Shown: positions 9,062 through 16,975, counted from the first letter of the stretch. The stretch: 24,000 nt of DNA from Acinetobacter lwoffii (GCF_024129715.1 NZ_JAMXXM010000005.1:133987-157986); one strand, 5' to 3'. Notes: generated from the sequence alone by a model not told the origin. Numbers and translations: made by a program.

Positions 9062-10696
9062 ATGAAATTCACGCTCGCCCTCATCGCGGGAATCCTCATC
9101 TCCCTTGCATGGCTCATGCCCATCCACTACCGCCCATGGGTAACCTATACAGGTGAGCTGTATGCCTTTTTTGCGCTCTTTGCCCTCGCTGCAATCTGCT
9201 TAAAAGATAAAGTAAGAATTCCAGCAGTGAGTCTGCCGCTATTGCTTCTTGCCAGTGTGCCTTTTATCCAGTTACTCGCAGGGCAGGTGTTTTTCTTTAG
9301 TACTGCCATAATGGGCTTTATTTTCGCCTTTAGCTTTTGGCTGGCAGGTGTGTTGGGTTATAACCTTTCAACAGCAAACTATAACCGGGAAGAAACTTTC
9401 ACTAATCTGAGCTATGTGTTTTTGGCTTCAGGAACGATTACAGGCTTAATTGCTGTATGTCAGTGGACGAATCTGAATTCAATAGTGCCAGGCATGGTGA
9501 ATATTAGTGGTAATCAGCGTCCTTATGCCAACTTTGCCCAGCCGAATAATATGGCAACTTTTTTAGTCATGGCATTGATGAGCTGCCTTTATCTGTACGA
9601 AAAGAAAAAAATCCAGACCAAGTGGCTATTTTCATGTGCGGCAATCATCGTGGTTGGCGTAGCTTTAAGCCAGTCCCGTACTGCATGGGTGGCTGCGATC
9701 GCGATTATGCTTTATCTGGCGTTATACCAATATAAAGGGATCATTCGCCTGAAATGGTATTATAGCACGGCTTGGTTCATCTTTTTTATTGCTTGTATTG
9801 TGGCTTTTCCATTACTCAGTCAGCTGGCTGCACAAACGATGGATGCGGATGTCGTTCAAAGCCGAGATGTGGTATCGCGTGCCACCGGAGATATGTCACG
9901 TATTGCGATCTGGCAGCAAATGTTGGCTGCCATTCAGGCACAGCCATGGTTTGGCTATGGTTGGTATCAAACTAGCGCAGCGTTCGTTTCAATCAGCGAT
10001 ACCGTACAAGGCCCGGTCTGGATTCGTAGCGCCCATAATTTTATTCTGGACTTTTTACTCTGGAATGGACTGATCATCGGTCTGCCTTTCTTGGCATATT
10101 TTGGTTATTTAGGTTATCAGTTACAACGCTGGGTGAATACGCCAGAATCTGTTATCGGGATCTTGATGATCGGGGCTTTTGTAACACATGCCATGTTTGA
10201 GTTTCCACAGCATTATGCCTATTTCCTGCTGCCAGTCGGTTTTATTCTGGGTACGGTTCTGGCACAGAATCCAAAAATTAAAACCATTACTTTGCCTTCG
10301 ATATGCCTGAAACTGACTTTCAGTCTTGGATTGCTCTTATTGGTCGTGATTTACCGGGACTATGATGTTGCTGTACCAAAACTCGGACAAAGTATTCGTT
10401 ATGAAAAGCAGCAGGAAAAAATCACCAATGAAAAACCAATTTATCTGTTGACCGAGTTTAATCATCGCATTGCTTGGATTCGTCTGAATCCTTATAGCAA
10501 AGTGTCTGCTGAACAGATTCAGGAAGGTGAACAAATGGTCTTAAGTTATCCAACCAAATATAACCTGATCAAATATGCCAAACTTTTAGCATTTAATGGC
10601 TACGAGGCTGAGGCCAAGCATCAGCTGCAACGCTTAAAGACCATTCAGAAAACTGAAATGAGTTATGAGGAATTAACGCAGGATATGTCTCGCTAA
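9062..10696 (+). CDS. pglL: Wzy_C/PglL-type O-oligosaccharyltransferase; probable general protein O-glycosylation enzyme
   Basis: It has the same motif set as the upstream paralogue (RPYANFAQPNNMATF, LSQSRTAW, AHNFILDFLLWNG, LLTEFNHRIAWIRLNPYS) but normal base composition. Its position matches the pilA-adjacent pglL of Acinetobacter as I remember it. Confidence 0.75.
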   Translation: MKFTLALIAGILISLAWLMPIHYRPWVTYTGELYAFFALFALAAICLKDKVRIPAVSLPLLLLASVPFIQLLAGQVFFFSTAIMGFIFAFSFWLAGVLGYNLSTANYNREETFTNLSYVFLASGTITGLIAVCQWTNLNSIVPGMVNISGNQRPYANFAQPNNMATFLVMALMSCLYLYEKKKIQTKWLFSCAAIIVVGVALSQSRTAWVAAIAIMLYLALYQYKGIIRLKWYYSTAWFIFFIACIVAFPLLSQLAAQTMDADVVQSRDVVSRATGDMSRIAIWQQMLAAIQAQPWFGYGWYQTSAAFVSISDTVQGPVWIRSAHNFILDFLLWNGLIIGLPFLAYFGYLGYQLQRWVNTPESVIGILMIGAFVTHAMFEFPQHYAYFLLPVGFILGTVLAQNPKIKTITLPSICLKLTFSLGLLLLVVIYRDYDVAVPKLGQSIRYEKQQEKITNEKPIYLLTEFNHRIAWIRLNPYSKVSAEQIQEGEQMVLSYPTKYNLIKYAKLLAFNGYEAEAKHQLQRLKTIQKTEMSYEELTQDMSR

Positions 10697-10700
10697 ATAC

Positions 10701-10730
10701 AAAAAAAGCCAGCAGATGCTGGCTTTTTCT
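10701..10730. terminator. Bidirectional terminator between convergent pglL and bfr
   Basis: The stem agccagc (10707-10713), loop agat and stem gctggct (10718-10724) are flanked by an A7 run on the left and a T5 run on the right. Confidence 0.8.
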
Positions 10731-10746
10731 TGGCTTAATTTTAAGT

Positions 10747-11211
10747 TTAGAGCTGACTTTGAATATAGTTTTCAATGCCAATGCTTTCGATCAAATCAAT
10801 TTGTGTTGTGGTCCAGTCCAGATAGTTTTCTTCTTTCTCTAGGATTTCCTGAACCAGATCACGCGTCACATAATCCATTTGGGTTTCAGCCAATGCCACT
10901 GCTTTCTGGATGGCTTCAATATTCTCTTTGACTTTGCGTACATCACAATGCAGCACTTCTTGAGTATGCTGACCAATATACAGTTTGCCCAGATTTTGTA
11001 AATTCGGCAGACCTTCCAAAAATAAAATACGTTCAATAATTTTATCGGCATGTTTCATCTGAACAATGGATTCTTTATATTCTGCCGAGCCCAGTTTCTC
11101 AATGCCCCAGTCATTAAACATGCGCGAATGCAGGAAATACTGGTTAATGGCAGTTAAGTGGTGATACAACACCTGATTGAGCTGATTAATCACATCACGA
11201 TTGCCTTTCAT
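10747..11211 (-). CDS. bfr: Bacterioferritin
   Basis: The 154-aa protein begins MKGNRDVINQLNQVL..LTAINQYFLHSRMF.DWG and continues ..ESI.QMKHADKIIERILFLEG.PNLQ, a canonical Bfr sequence that includes a Met at the position of the haem ligand. GGAG lies 8 nt upstream of the ATG. Confidence 0.93.
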   Translation of the reverse strand: MKGNRDVINQLNQVLYHHLTAINQYFLHSRMFNDWGIEKLGSAEYKESIVQMKHADKIIERILFLEGLPNLQNLGKLYIGQHTQEVLHCDVRKVKENIEAIQKAVALAETQMDYVTRDLVQEILEKEENYLDWTTTQIDLIESIGIENYIQSQL

Positions 11212-11339
11212 CGCATAACTCCATTTGGACCTGTTTTATCTTTCTAAGAAAGCGCTCTAATCCTGATAGTAAAGCAAGTCAGGGGCAAATGGCGAGTAAT
11301 TTATCAAATCAAACGTAAAACCTCGTTTTCAAGGCAGGG

Positions 11340-12575
11340 ATATAAATGAGTGACCTAAGCCATACGACATGAAATGTCGTTTCAAATTAACATTTTTAAC
11401 TTTGGATATTCTATTGGTTATTTTCATTGATAAAATAATCGTATGAAAACACTTAAATTACGTATTAAAGATAAACATTCCAAGATATTAGAGCAATTAG
11501 CATCTGAAGTGAATTTCGTCTGGAATTATGTCAATGATTTAAGCTTTAAACACCTTAAAAGAAAAGGTGAATTTCTCAGTGCTTACGATATTGCTGAATA
11601 TACGAAAGGTACATCTAGGCTTTGTGGGTTACATAGTCAAACCATTCAGGCTGTTACCGAAGAATTAGTCATACGCAGAAAGCAATTCAAGAAGACTAAA
11701 CTAAAATGGCGGGTCAGTCATAAGAAATCAGCCAGAAGATCACTAGGTTGGATACCCTTTAAGAAAGTAGCAATCAAGTATGCTGATGGCCATATCCAGT
11801 ATGGCAAGCATCAGTTTAAAATATGGGATAGCTATGGACTGTCAAATTACAGTATCAAGACTGGTTCGTTTGTCGAGGATGCGCGTGGCCGCTGGTATGT
11901 CTGCTTAGTTGTGAATAGCTCTAAAATTGAGAAATCGACTGCGACTAATTTGATTGGGATTGATCTGGGCTTAAAGGATATAGCCACTTGTTCGGATGGT
12001 ACGATAATTTCAAATCCCAAGTTCTACCGTCAATATGAACAGAAATTAGGGATTGCTCAACGAGCGAAAAATAGAAAACGGGTCCGTGCATTACACGCCA
12101 AGATTGCAAACTGTCGTAAAGACCATTTGCACAAAGCAAGTACGATGCTTATAAAGAAAAATGCACTAATTGTTGTAGGCGATCTGAGTGCGAAAAAACT
12201 GGTAAAAACCAAGATGGCGAAGTCTGTTCTGGATACCGGATTTTCAGCATTCAAGACCATGCTCAAGTATAAATGCGAGAACGCAGGAGTATGGTTTGAA
12301 GAAGTTAGTGAAAGTTTCACAACCCAAATGTGTTCGTGCTGTGGTGAGGTCACTGCAAGCAGTCCGAAAGGTAGAACAGATTTGCGAATAAGAGTATGGG
12401 AATGTGAAAACTGTTCAAGTGTTCTGGATCGGGACTTGAATAGTGCTAAGAACATACTTGCGCTTGGGCATAAGCGTCTCGCAGGAGGAATCAGCTCTAT
12501 TTAAAAAGGTGAGGATGTCAAGGAACAGCAAATGAAAATCGACATCGAATCCATTCAGACTCAGATGAATGGCAA
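11340..12575 (+). mobile_element. IS200/IS605-family, IS1341-type (tnpB-only, no tnpA) element; both ends are approximate
   Basis: It contains a single TnpB/OrfB gene and no Y1 transposase ORF. A perfect subterminal hairpin lies upstream (11364-11380) and hairpins lie downstream (12551-12572). The element sits between bfr and bfd, which are usually adjacent. The boundaries cannot be fixed without an empty-site comparison. Confidence 0.55.
11443..12504 (+). CDS. tnpB: TnpB (IS605 OrfB) RNA-guided-endonuclease-family protein, 353 aa
   Basis: RuvC-I is IGIDLG (D174). The zinc finger is CSCCG...CENC. RuvC-III is LDRDLNSAKNIL (D331). The overall layout matches OrfB_IS605 plus OrfB_Zn_ribbon. The canonical RuvC-II Glu position reads VVGDL (G246). 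Confidence 0.88.
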   Translation: MKTLKLRIKDKHSKILEQLASEVNFVWNYVNDLSFKHLKRKGEFLSAYDIAEYTKGTSRLCGLHSQTIQAVTEELVIRRKQFKKTKLKWRVSHKKSARRSLGWIPFKKVAIKYADGHIQYGKHQFKIWDSYGLSNYSIKTGSFVEDARGRWYVCLVVNSSKIEKSTATNLIGIDLGLKDIATCSDGTIISNPKFYRQYEQKLGIAQRAKNRKRVRALHAKIANCRKDHLHKASTMLIKKNALIVVGDLSAKKLVKTKMAKSVLDTGFSAFKTMLKYKCENAGVWFEEVSESFTTQMCSCCGEVTASSPKGRTDLRIRVWECENCSSVLDRDLNSAKNILALGHKRLAGGISSI

Positions 12576-12602
12576 TAAAAACCCGCCAGAGTCAAAGGCG
12601 GG
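12574..12602 (-). terminator. Minus-strand rho-independent terminator, probably for bfd
   Basis: The stem cccgcc (12582-12587), a 9-nt loop and the stem ggcggg (12597-12602) are followed on the minus strand by TTTTTATT. The hairpin lies about 65 nt downstream of the bfd stop. It could alternatively belong to the right end of the tnpB element. Confidence 0.55.
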
Positions 12603-12666
12603 GGAGGAGTAATGACCAAAGATCATTGTTTTTTCATTATGCTTATAGGGAGAAATCTTTTTAAAT

Positions 12667-12861
12667 TTATGCTGCAACTGCTAGCCGTGCTGCAATTTGT
12701 GAAACCTCATCACTGATGATCATGCGGGCTTCTGGTGCACAGCGACCACAGCAAGTTCCCAAGTCCAACATATCGCGGACATCACGATAACTTTCAGCGC
12801 CATTTGCAATAGCATCTTTAATGTCTTGATCTGTAATGCCGCGGCATAGACAAACGTACAT
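12667..12861 (-). CDS. bfd: Bacterioferritin-associated ferredoxin, [2Fe-2S]
   Basis: MYVCLCRGITDQDI ... CCGRC is the BFD-like four-Cys motif. The ORF-track start at 12870 is a TTG. The ATG at 12861 gives the canonical MYVCLC N-terminus. Confidence 0.9.
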   Translation of the reverse strand: MYVCLCRGITDQDIKDAIANGAESYRDVRDMLDLGTCCGRCAPEARMIISDEVSQIAARLAVAA

Positions 12862-12895
12862 AGGACACAACCACAGTGATTAAATAAGATAAGTA

Positions 12896-12925
12896 ATATT
12901 ATTGATAATTGTTATCGTTTGTCAA
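12896..12925 (-). promoter_or_regulatory. Sigma70 promoter of bfd with a Fur box in the spacer
   Basis: The minus strand reads TTGACA (12925-12920), a 17-18 nt spacer and TAATAT (12901-12896). The spacer contains the palindrome GATAACAATTATC (12904-12916 on the plus strand as gataattgttatc), which matches the Fur-box core. A second Fur-like palindrome, atcat-gattg-atgat, lies at about 12950-12964. Confidence 0.65.
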
Positions 12926-13081
12926 TAAAAATCATTTGAAATAGCTTTTATCATGATTGATGATTTAGATAAAAAATCACCACCTGAGCGGAAATCCAAG
13001 TACTGCTCGGATTTCCACACAAAAGCGATTCATGATTTAGAATGAGATATTGCAGGGTGGGGATTGAGTAATTTTTATAAC

Positions 13082-13465
13082 TTATTGATTAATTATGACA
13101 ATGCCATCCATTTCAACCAAGGCATCTTTAGGCAGGCTGGCCACACCTAAAGCGGCACGTGCTGGATAGGGCTGGGCAAAATACTCATCCATAATTTGAT
13201 TGACCAGTTGAAAGTGAGATAAGTCGGTCAGGAAAATATTCAGTTTGGCAATATCTGCCAAAGAGCCACCAGCGGCTTCACAGACTGCTTTTAAGTTATC
13301 AAACACCCGGCGAATTTGAGCTTCAATGCCTTCAACCAGTTCCATACTATAAGGATCCAGGCCAATTTGACCTGATAGATATAAGGTATCACCCACTAAA
13401 ATGGCTTGCGAATAAGTGCCAATCGCAGCAGGGGCATTTTCAGTATGGATTACTTGGCGGGACAT
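13082..13465 (-). CDS. ridA: RidA/YjgF-family reactive enamine/imine deaminase
   Basis: The 127-aa protein begins [26 protein letters not shown], and [15 protein letters not shown] lies near the C-terminus. AAGGAG lies upstream of the ATG. Confidence 0.9.
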   Translation of the reverse strand: MSRQVIHTENAPAAIGTYSQAILVGDTLYLSGQIGLDPYSMELVEGIEAQIRRVFDNLKAVCEAAGGSLADIAKLNIFLTDLSHFQLVNQIMDEYFAQPYPARAALGVASLPKDALVEMDGIVIINQ

Positions 13466-13540
13466 TAATTTCTCCTTTTATCATCGACATACATCATATT
13501 CGATCAATTCGGCCGATCAAAGCACTATCGTTTTAAATGA

Positions 13541-15646
13541 TTAACTCGCTTTAGAGGCTTCACTGAAAACGACGGGCTGTGCCAGACGGATAATTCGCGG
13601 GAAACCGAAATACATGCGTAAATCCCGGATAATCTGTGCAATCTGTTTACGGTTATGCACCACGATATTGACGTAGGTTTTGTCATCCTGAGTACGCACC
13701 ATTTCCACCCCAGAATGCGCTTTACGGCATTGGTAAATCAAGTCGGAAATCTGCTCGTCATTCATGTCCAAGTCAATGCTGAGATAGGCAGTAAAGCTGA
13801 TATCTTCCAGATCATCAGAGGTCCACTGCAATAACATGATATTTTCTGGATGCTGATGCTGTTCATGCAGCAGGTTATGACAGCGCGCACGATGCACAAT
13901 CAGACCGCGACGGGTCAAATGACCCTGAATCGGATCACCCAGCACAGGATTGCAGCAATGTGCATATTTGACATCGACACCTTCTGTTCCCTGAATCAGA
14001 CGGTCTGAACTGGCGATATTCTGATGCTGATCTTGGGCAAATAAATGGTTGGCCACCAGTTGTGGTAATAAATCACCGACTGCAATCTGTTCAAACAGCT
14101 GTTCTTTGCTGGAAACATGGCGCCATTCCAAGAGGTTTTTCCAGTCTGCTTCAGTCAGATCACGAATAGAACGATGGAACAGTTTCAGTGCACGATTGAG
14201 TGCCTGTTGTCCGACCAGACGTTGCTCATCTGGATCTTGATCACGCAGAATATTCTGAATAGCACGACGAGCTTTCTGGGTATTAATAAAACTGAGCCAA
14301 TCCGGATTCGGAGTCGCAAGGACATCAGTAATGATTTCGACCACCTGACCACTGACTAAAGGAGTCGACAGTGGTTTAGTCTCATTATTAATTTTTGCAC
14401 CAACGGCATGGTTGCCTAGGAATAAACTCGCGGCATAAGCAAAGTCGACCGCCGTGGCACCTTGCGGCAATTCATGTAAATGGCCGTGCGGAGTATAGAC
14501 CCAGATTTTTTCCTGATGTAAATAATCCAGTAGTTCACTGAAAGTGGTTTTGGCACATTCACCATCGACCAGGACATTCAAATTCTGCATCGAGGCCTGA
14601 ATCGCAGAGCGGCAGGCCTGCGGGGCACTTTCACCGAGCACGACGCCAAAACGTGCTGCTTTACGCATCAGTTCGGTTTGAATGGTCAAAGACAAAGTGG
14701 TCTTTTCGCCTTTCAGGCGCATCATCAAGGACTGGTTGCCTCCCGGTAATGGGCGACGGATATGATCTTCATAACTCTGGATTTTAAAACTTTGCGTCAG
14801 AATTTCTGCCAGTCGGTCACAGTCCGCAATGCTCTGTAAAATAATTTCAAAAGCATGGCTGTGAGTCAATTCTTGTAGATCGATATCATTTTTAACGAAG
14901 TGACGCAGTAGCTCAATATTGTTATTTTTCTTCTTAATTCGGCCCTGAATGGCATTCTGTTGTAGCAGTTCGGTCAGGTTCTTTTCCCATTTGGCCTGAT
15001 ATTCACAGCGTTTTGGCTTGGTTTCCAGCAGGGCGGCCTGCACATTGTTATACATGTCCAGATCTAGATTCTGATAACAAAGATGTTCCAGGTTATCAGC
15101 CATTTCATTCATGCCAACAATACGTGCCATTGGAACAAAAATTTCAAAGGTTTCGCGGGCAATACGCGCGCGTTTGTCGGGGCGCAGTGCGTCCAAAGTG
15201 GTCATGTTGTGATAACGGTCGGCCAGTTTCACAATAATGACACGTGGATCTTGTAGCGTCGCTTGCAGAATTTTCCGGAAAGAAGCCGCTTTATTATATT
15301 CTTTATCACTGGAATGGCTCAGTTTGGTGACACCATCGACCAGTTCAGCAACGGTAAAACCAAAAATCTTGCTAATATCATCTTTGTTAAATTCGGTATC
15401 TTCAATCACATCGTGCAGCAGGGCGGCCATTAAGGTTTCAGTGTCCAAACGCATATGCGCCAAGATACAGCTGACCGCAATCGGATGCAGAATATAGGGT
15501 TCACCACTTTTACGCACAATCCCGTCATGCGCCATATCTGCATAATCACAGGCCGCAAGCACACGTTCGACATCGCTTTCACTTAAATACGCATCGATAA
15601 TGATCTTTAACTGCTGCTTGGCTTGACTGACCTGTGGGCCTGGCAT
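13541..15646 (-). CDS. spoT: SpoT-type long RelA/SpoT homologue (HD hydrolase, synthetase-like, TGS and ACT-like regions)
   Basis: HD-domain motifs are intact (SGEPYILHPIAVSCILA, LLHDVIEDT, KLADRYHNM). The gene has the conserved gmk-rpoZ-spoT context. I chose ATG 15646 (MPGPQ), because the ORF-track start at 15661 is a TTG. Confidence 0.9.
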   Translation of the reverse strand: MPGPQVSQAKQQLKIIIDAYLSESDVERVLAACDYADMAHDGIVRKSGEPYILHPIAVSCILAHMRLDTETLMAALLHDVIEDTEFNKDDISKIFGFTVAELVDGVTKLSHSSDKEYNKAASFRKILQATLQDPRVIIVKLADRYHNMTTLDALRPDKRARIARETFEIFVPMARIVGMNEMADNLEHLCYQNLDLDMYNNVQAALLETKPKRCEYQAKWEKNLTELLQQNAIQGRIKKKNNNIELLRHFVKNDIDLQELTHSHAFEIILQSIADCDRLAEILTQSFKIQSYEDHIRRPLPGGNQSLMMRLKGEKTTLSLTIQTELMRKAARFGVVLGESAPQACRSAIQASMQNLNVLVDGECAKTTFSELLDYLHQEKIWVYTPHGHLHELPQGATAVDFAYAASLFLGNHAVGAKINNETKPLSTPLVSGQVVEIITDVLATPNPDWLSFINTQKARRAIQNILRDQDPDEQRLVGQQALNRALKLFHRSIRDLTEADWKNLLEWRHVSSKEQLFEQIAVGDLLPQLVANHLFAQDQHQNIASSDRLIQGTEGVDVKYAHCCNPVLGDPIQGHLTRRGLIVHRARCHNLLHEQHQHPENIMLLQWTSDDLEDISFTAYLSIDLDMNDEQISDLIYQCRKAHSGVEMVRTQDDKTYVNIVVHNRKQIAQIIRDLRMYFGFPRIIRLAQPVVFSEASKAS

Positions 15647-15816
15647 AAAACACCTTTTCAACTGAATTTTTTACAAATAAAACGTGAAAGCGTTTTAGAA
15701 ATGTGAATTTCCTGGTTTGATGGTTTTTGGCTGCTAGCGAGCAGAAAACCAATACAAACTTGATAGCTAACCCTTATGTTATAACCGTTCTGGCATAAAT
15801 ATAAAAGTCACATAAC

Positions 15817-15847
15817 AAAAAAAGCCTAGTTTAGAACTAGGCTTTTT
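15817..15847 (-). terminator. Hairpin terminator or attenuator downstream of rpoZ
   Basis: The stem agcctagtt (15823-15831), loop tag and stem aactaggct (15835-15843) are flanked by A7 on the plus strand (T7 on the minus strand after the stem) and by T5 on the other side. Confidence 0.7.
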
Positions 15848-15860
15848 GAGTGACGATCTC

Positions 15861-16142
15861 TTATTGGAAAGAAAAACCGTCTAAGTTTAGATTATTTGCA
15901 GAAAGTGCAAGATCCAGACTTGATGTTTGATAGTCTTGATCACGTTGTTTCAAAATGTCTTTTGATACATGACCTGAAGCGATTTCACGTAAAGCAACAA
16001 CAGTCGGTTTGTCATTGTCCCATTCTACAGTTGGTTCAATACCTTGACGTGCCAATTGACGCGCGCGCTTGCTTGCCACTAGTACAAGCTCAAAGCGGTT
16101 GTCTACATGGTCTAAACAATCTTCAACGGTGACGCGTGCCAT
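15861..16142 (-). CDS. rpoZ: DNA-directed RNA polymerase omega subunit
   Basis: [30 protein letters not shown] is the canonical RpoZ N-terminus. Confidence 0.95.
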   Translation of the reverse strand: MARVTVEDCLDHVDNRFELVLVASKRARQLARQGIEPTVEWDNDKPTVVALREIASGHVSKDILKQRDQDYQTSSLDLALSANNLNLDGFSFQ

Positions 16143-16218
16143 AAGAATTCTCGTTTGAATAATAAATTTTAACAGACTGCACAGTATAAAAGGCTTTGTC
16201 TATAGACTCAAGTTTTAA

Positions 16219-16842
16219 TCACTGCTCAGTCGGCGTAATCAGTTTCTGAATCAGTTTTTCATGACGGTTGGCTTGCTGGCTAAGTACCAGACGATTGGCG
16301 ATAATCACCGCTTCAAGGTCATGCAGCGCCTTATTAAAGTCGTCATTAATAATGATATAGTCAAAGTTACTATATTGCTGCATATCTTCTACCGCGCAGC
16401 TCAGACGATGCTCAATCACATCCACAGCATCAGTACCACGGTTAGACAGGCGTTCACGTAGATCAAACTGGCTTGGTGGCAAGATAAAAATTTGTTTAGA
16501 TTCAGGAAAAAGTCGACGAACCTGTTGTGCACCCTGCCAGTCAATTTCCAGTAGCACATCATGACCTTTGGCCAGTTGCTCTTTGACTGTGGCTTGCGCA
16601 GTACCGTAGTAATTACCAAATACTTCAGCGTATTCGATAAAACCACCTTCATTGACCAGATTTAAAAAATCTTCTTTATTGGAGAAATGATAATGCACGC
16701 CATCGAGTTCGCCAGGTCGTTGACCGCGTGTGGTGTGTGACACAGAAACGTGAAGATTGTTGACACGCTCAAGTAGGGCTTTAACAAGGGATGTTTTGCC
16801 TGTTCCAGACGCTGCAGAAACGACAAACAAGAGACCCGACAT
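16219..16842 (-). CDS. gmk: Guanylate kinase
   Basis: The P-loop is SAASGTGKTS. Other motifs are SVSHTTRGQRPGE.DG..YHF and a C-terminus typical of Gmk. The gene lies upstream of rpoZ, as in many gammaproteobacteria. Confidence 0.95.
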   Translation of the reverse strand: MSGLLFVVSAASGTGKTSLVKALLERVNNLHVSVSHTTRGQRPGELDGVHYHFSNKEDFLNLVNEGGFIEYAEVFGNYYGTAQATVKEQLAKGHDVLLEIDWQGAQQVRRLFPESKQIFILPPSQFDLRERLSNRGTDAVDVIEHRLSCAVEDMQQYSNFDYIIINDDFNKALHDLEAVIIANRLVLSQQANRHEKLIQKLITPTEQ

Positions 16843-16975
16843 GATATTTTTCCTGATATGATAAAATATCTTCTCTATTTTAGAGTAGAGCGGCTTTAAA
16901 CTAAATAGTTGTCAGTCGATTGTTTACATTTATTTCAATTGAACCGCTAAAAATGGTGTGAGTATTGAGGATTCT

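Noticed and set aside
10716-11051. A plus-strand 71-aa ORF and a minus-strand 61-aa ORF overlapping bfr.
   Set aside because: They lie inside or antisense to a canonical bacterioferritin frame and have no motifs.
11443-12504. The idea that the tnpB gene is a nuclease-dead, domesticated TldR-like RNA-guided repressor acting on bfr or bfd.
   Set aside because: Known dead derivatives typically lose RuvC-III or zinc-finger parts, and both are intact here. Transposon-like hairpins flank the gene. Only one catalytic position deviates, and a relocated Glu can explain that. The idea cannot be excluded without comparative data, so I report it only as an alternative under the RuvC-II finding.
12532-12612. 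A 26-codon ORF (MKIDIESIQTQMNGNKNPPESKAGEE) downstream of tnpB with an AAGGA upstream.
   Set aside because: It is too short and has no recognisable features. The region is better explained as structured RNA, the element end or a terminator. Only ribosome profiling or conservation could rescue it.
14049-15497. Four plus-strand ORFs of 63-86 aa antisense to spoT.
   Set aside because: They are chance ORFs opposite a long conserved gene and have no start signals.
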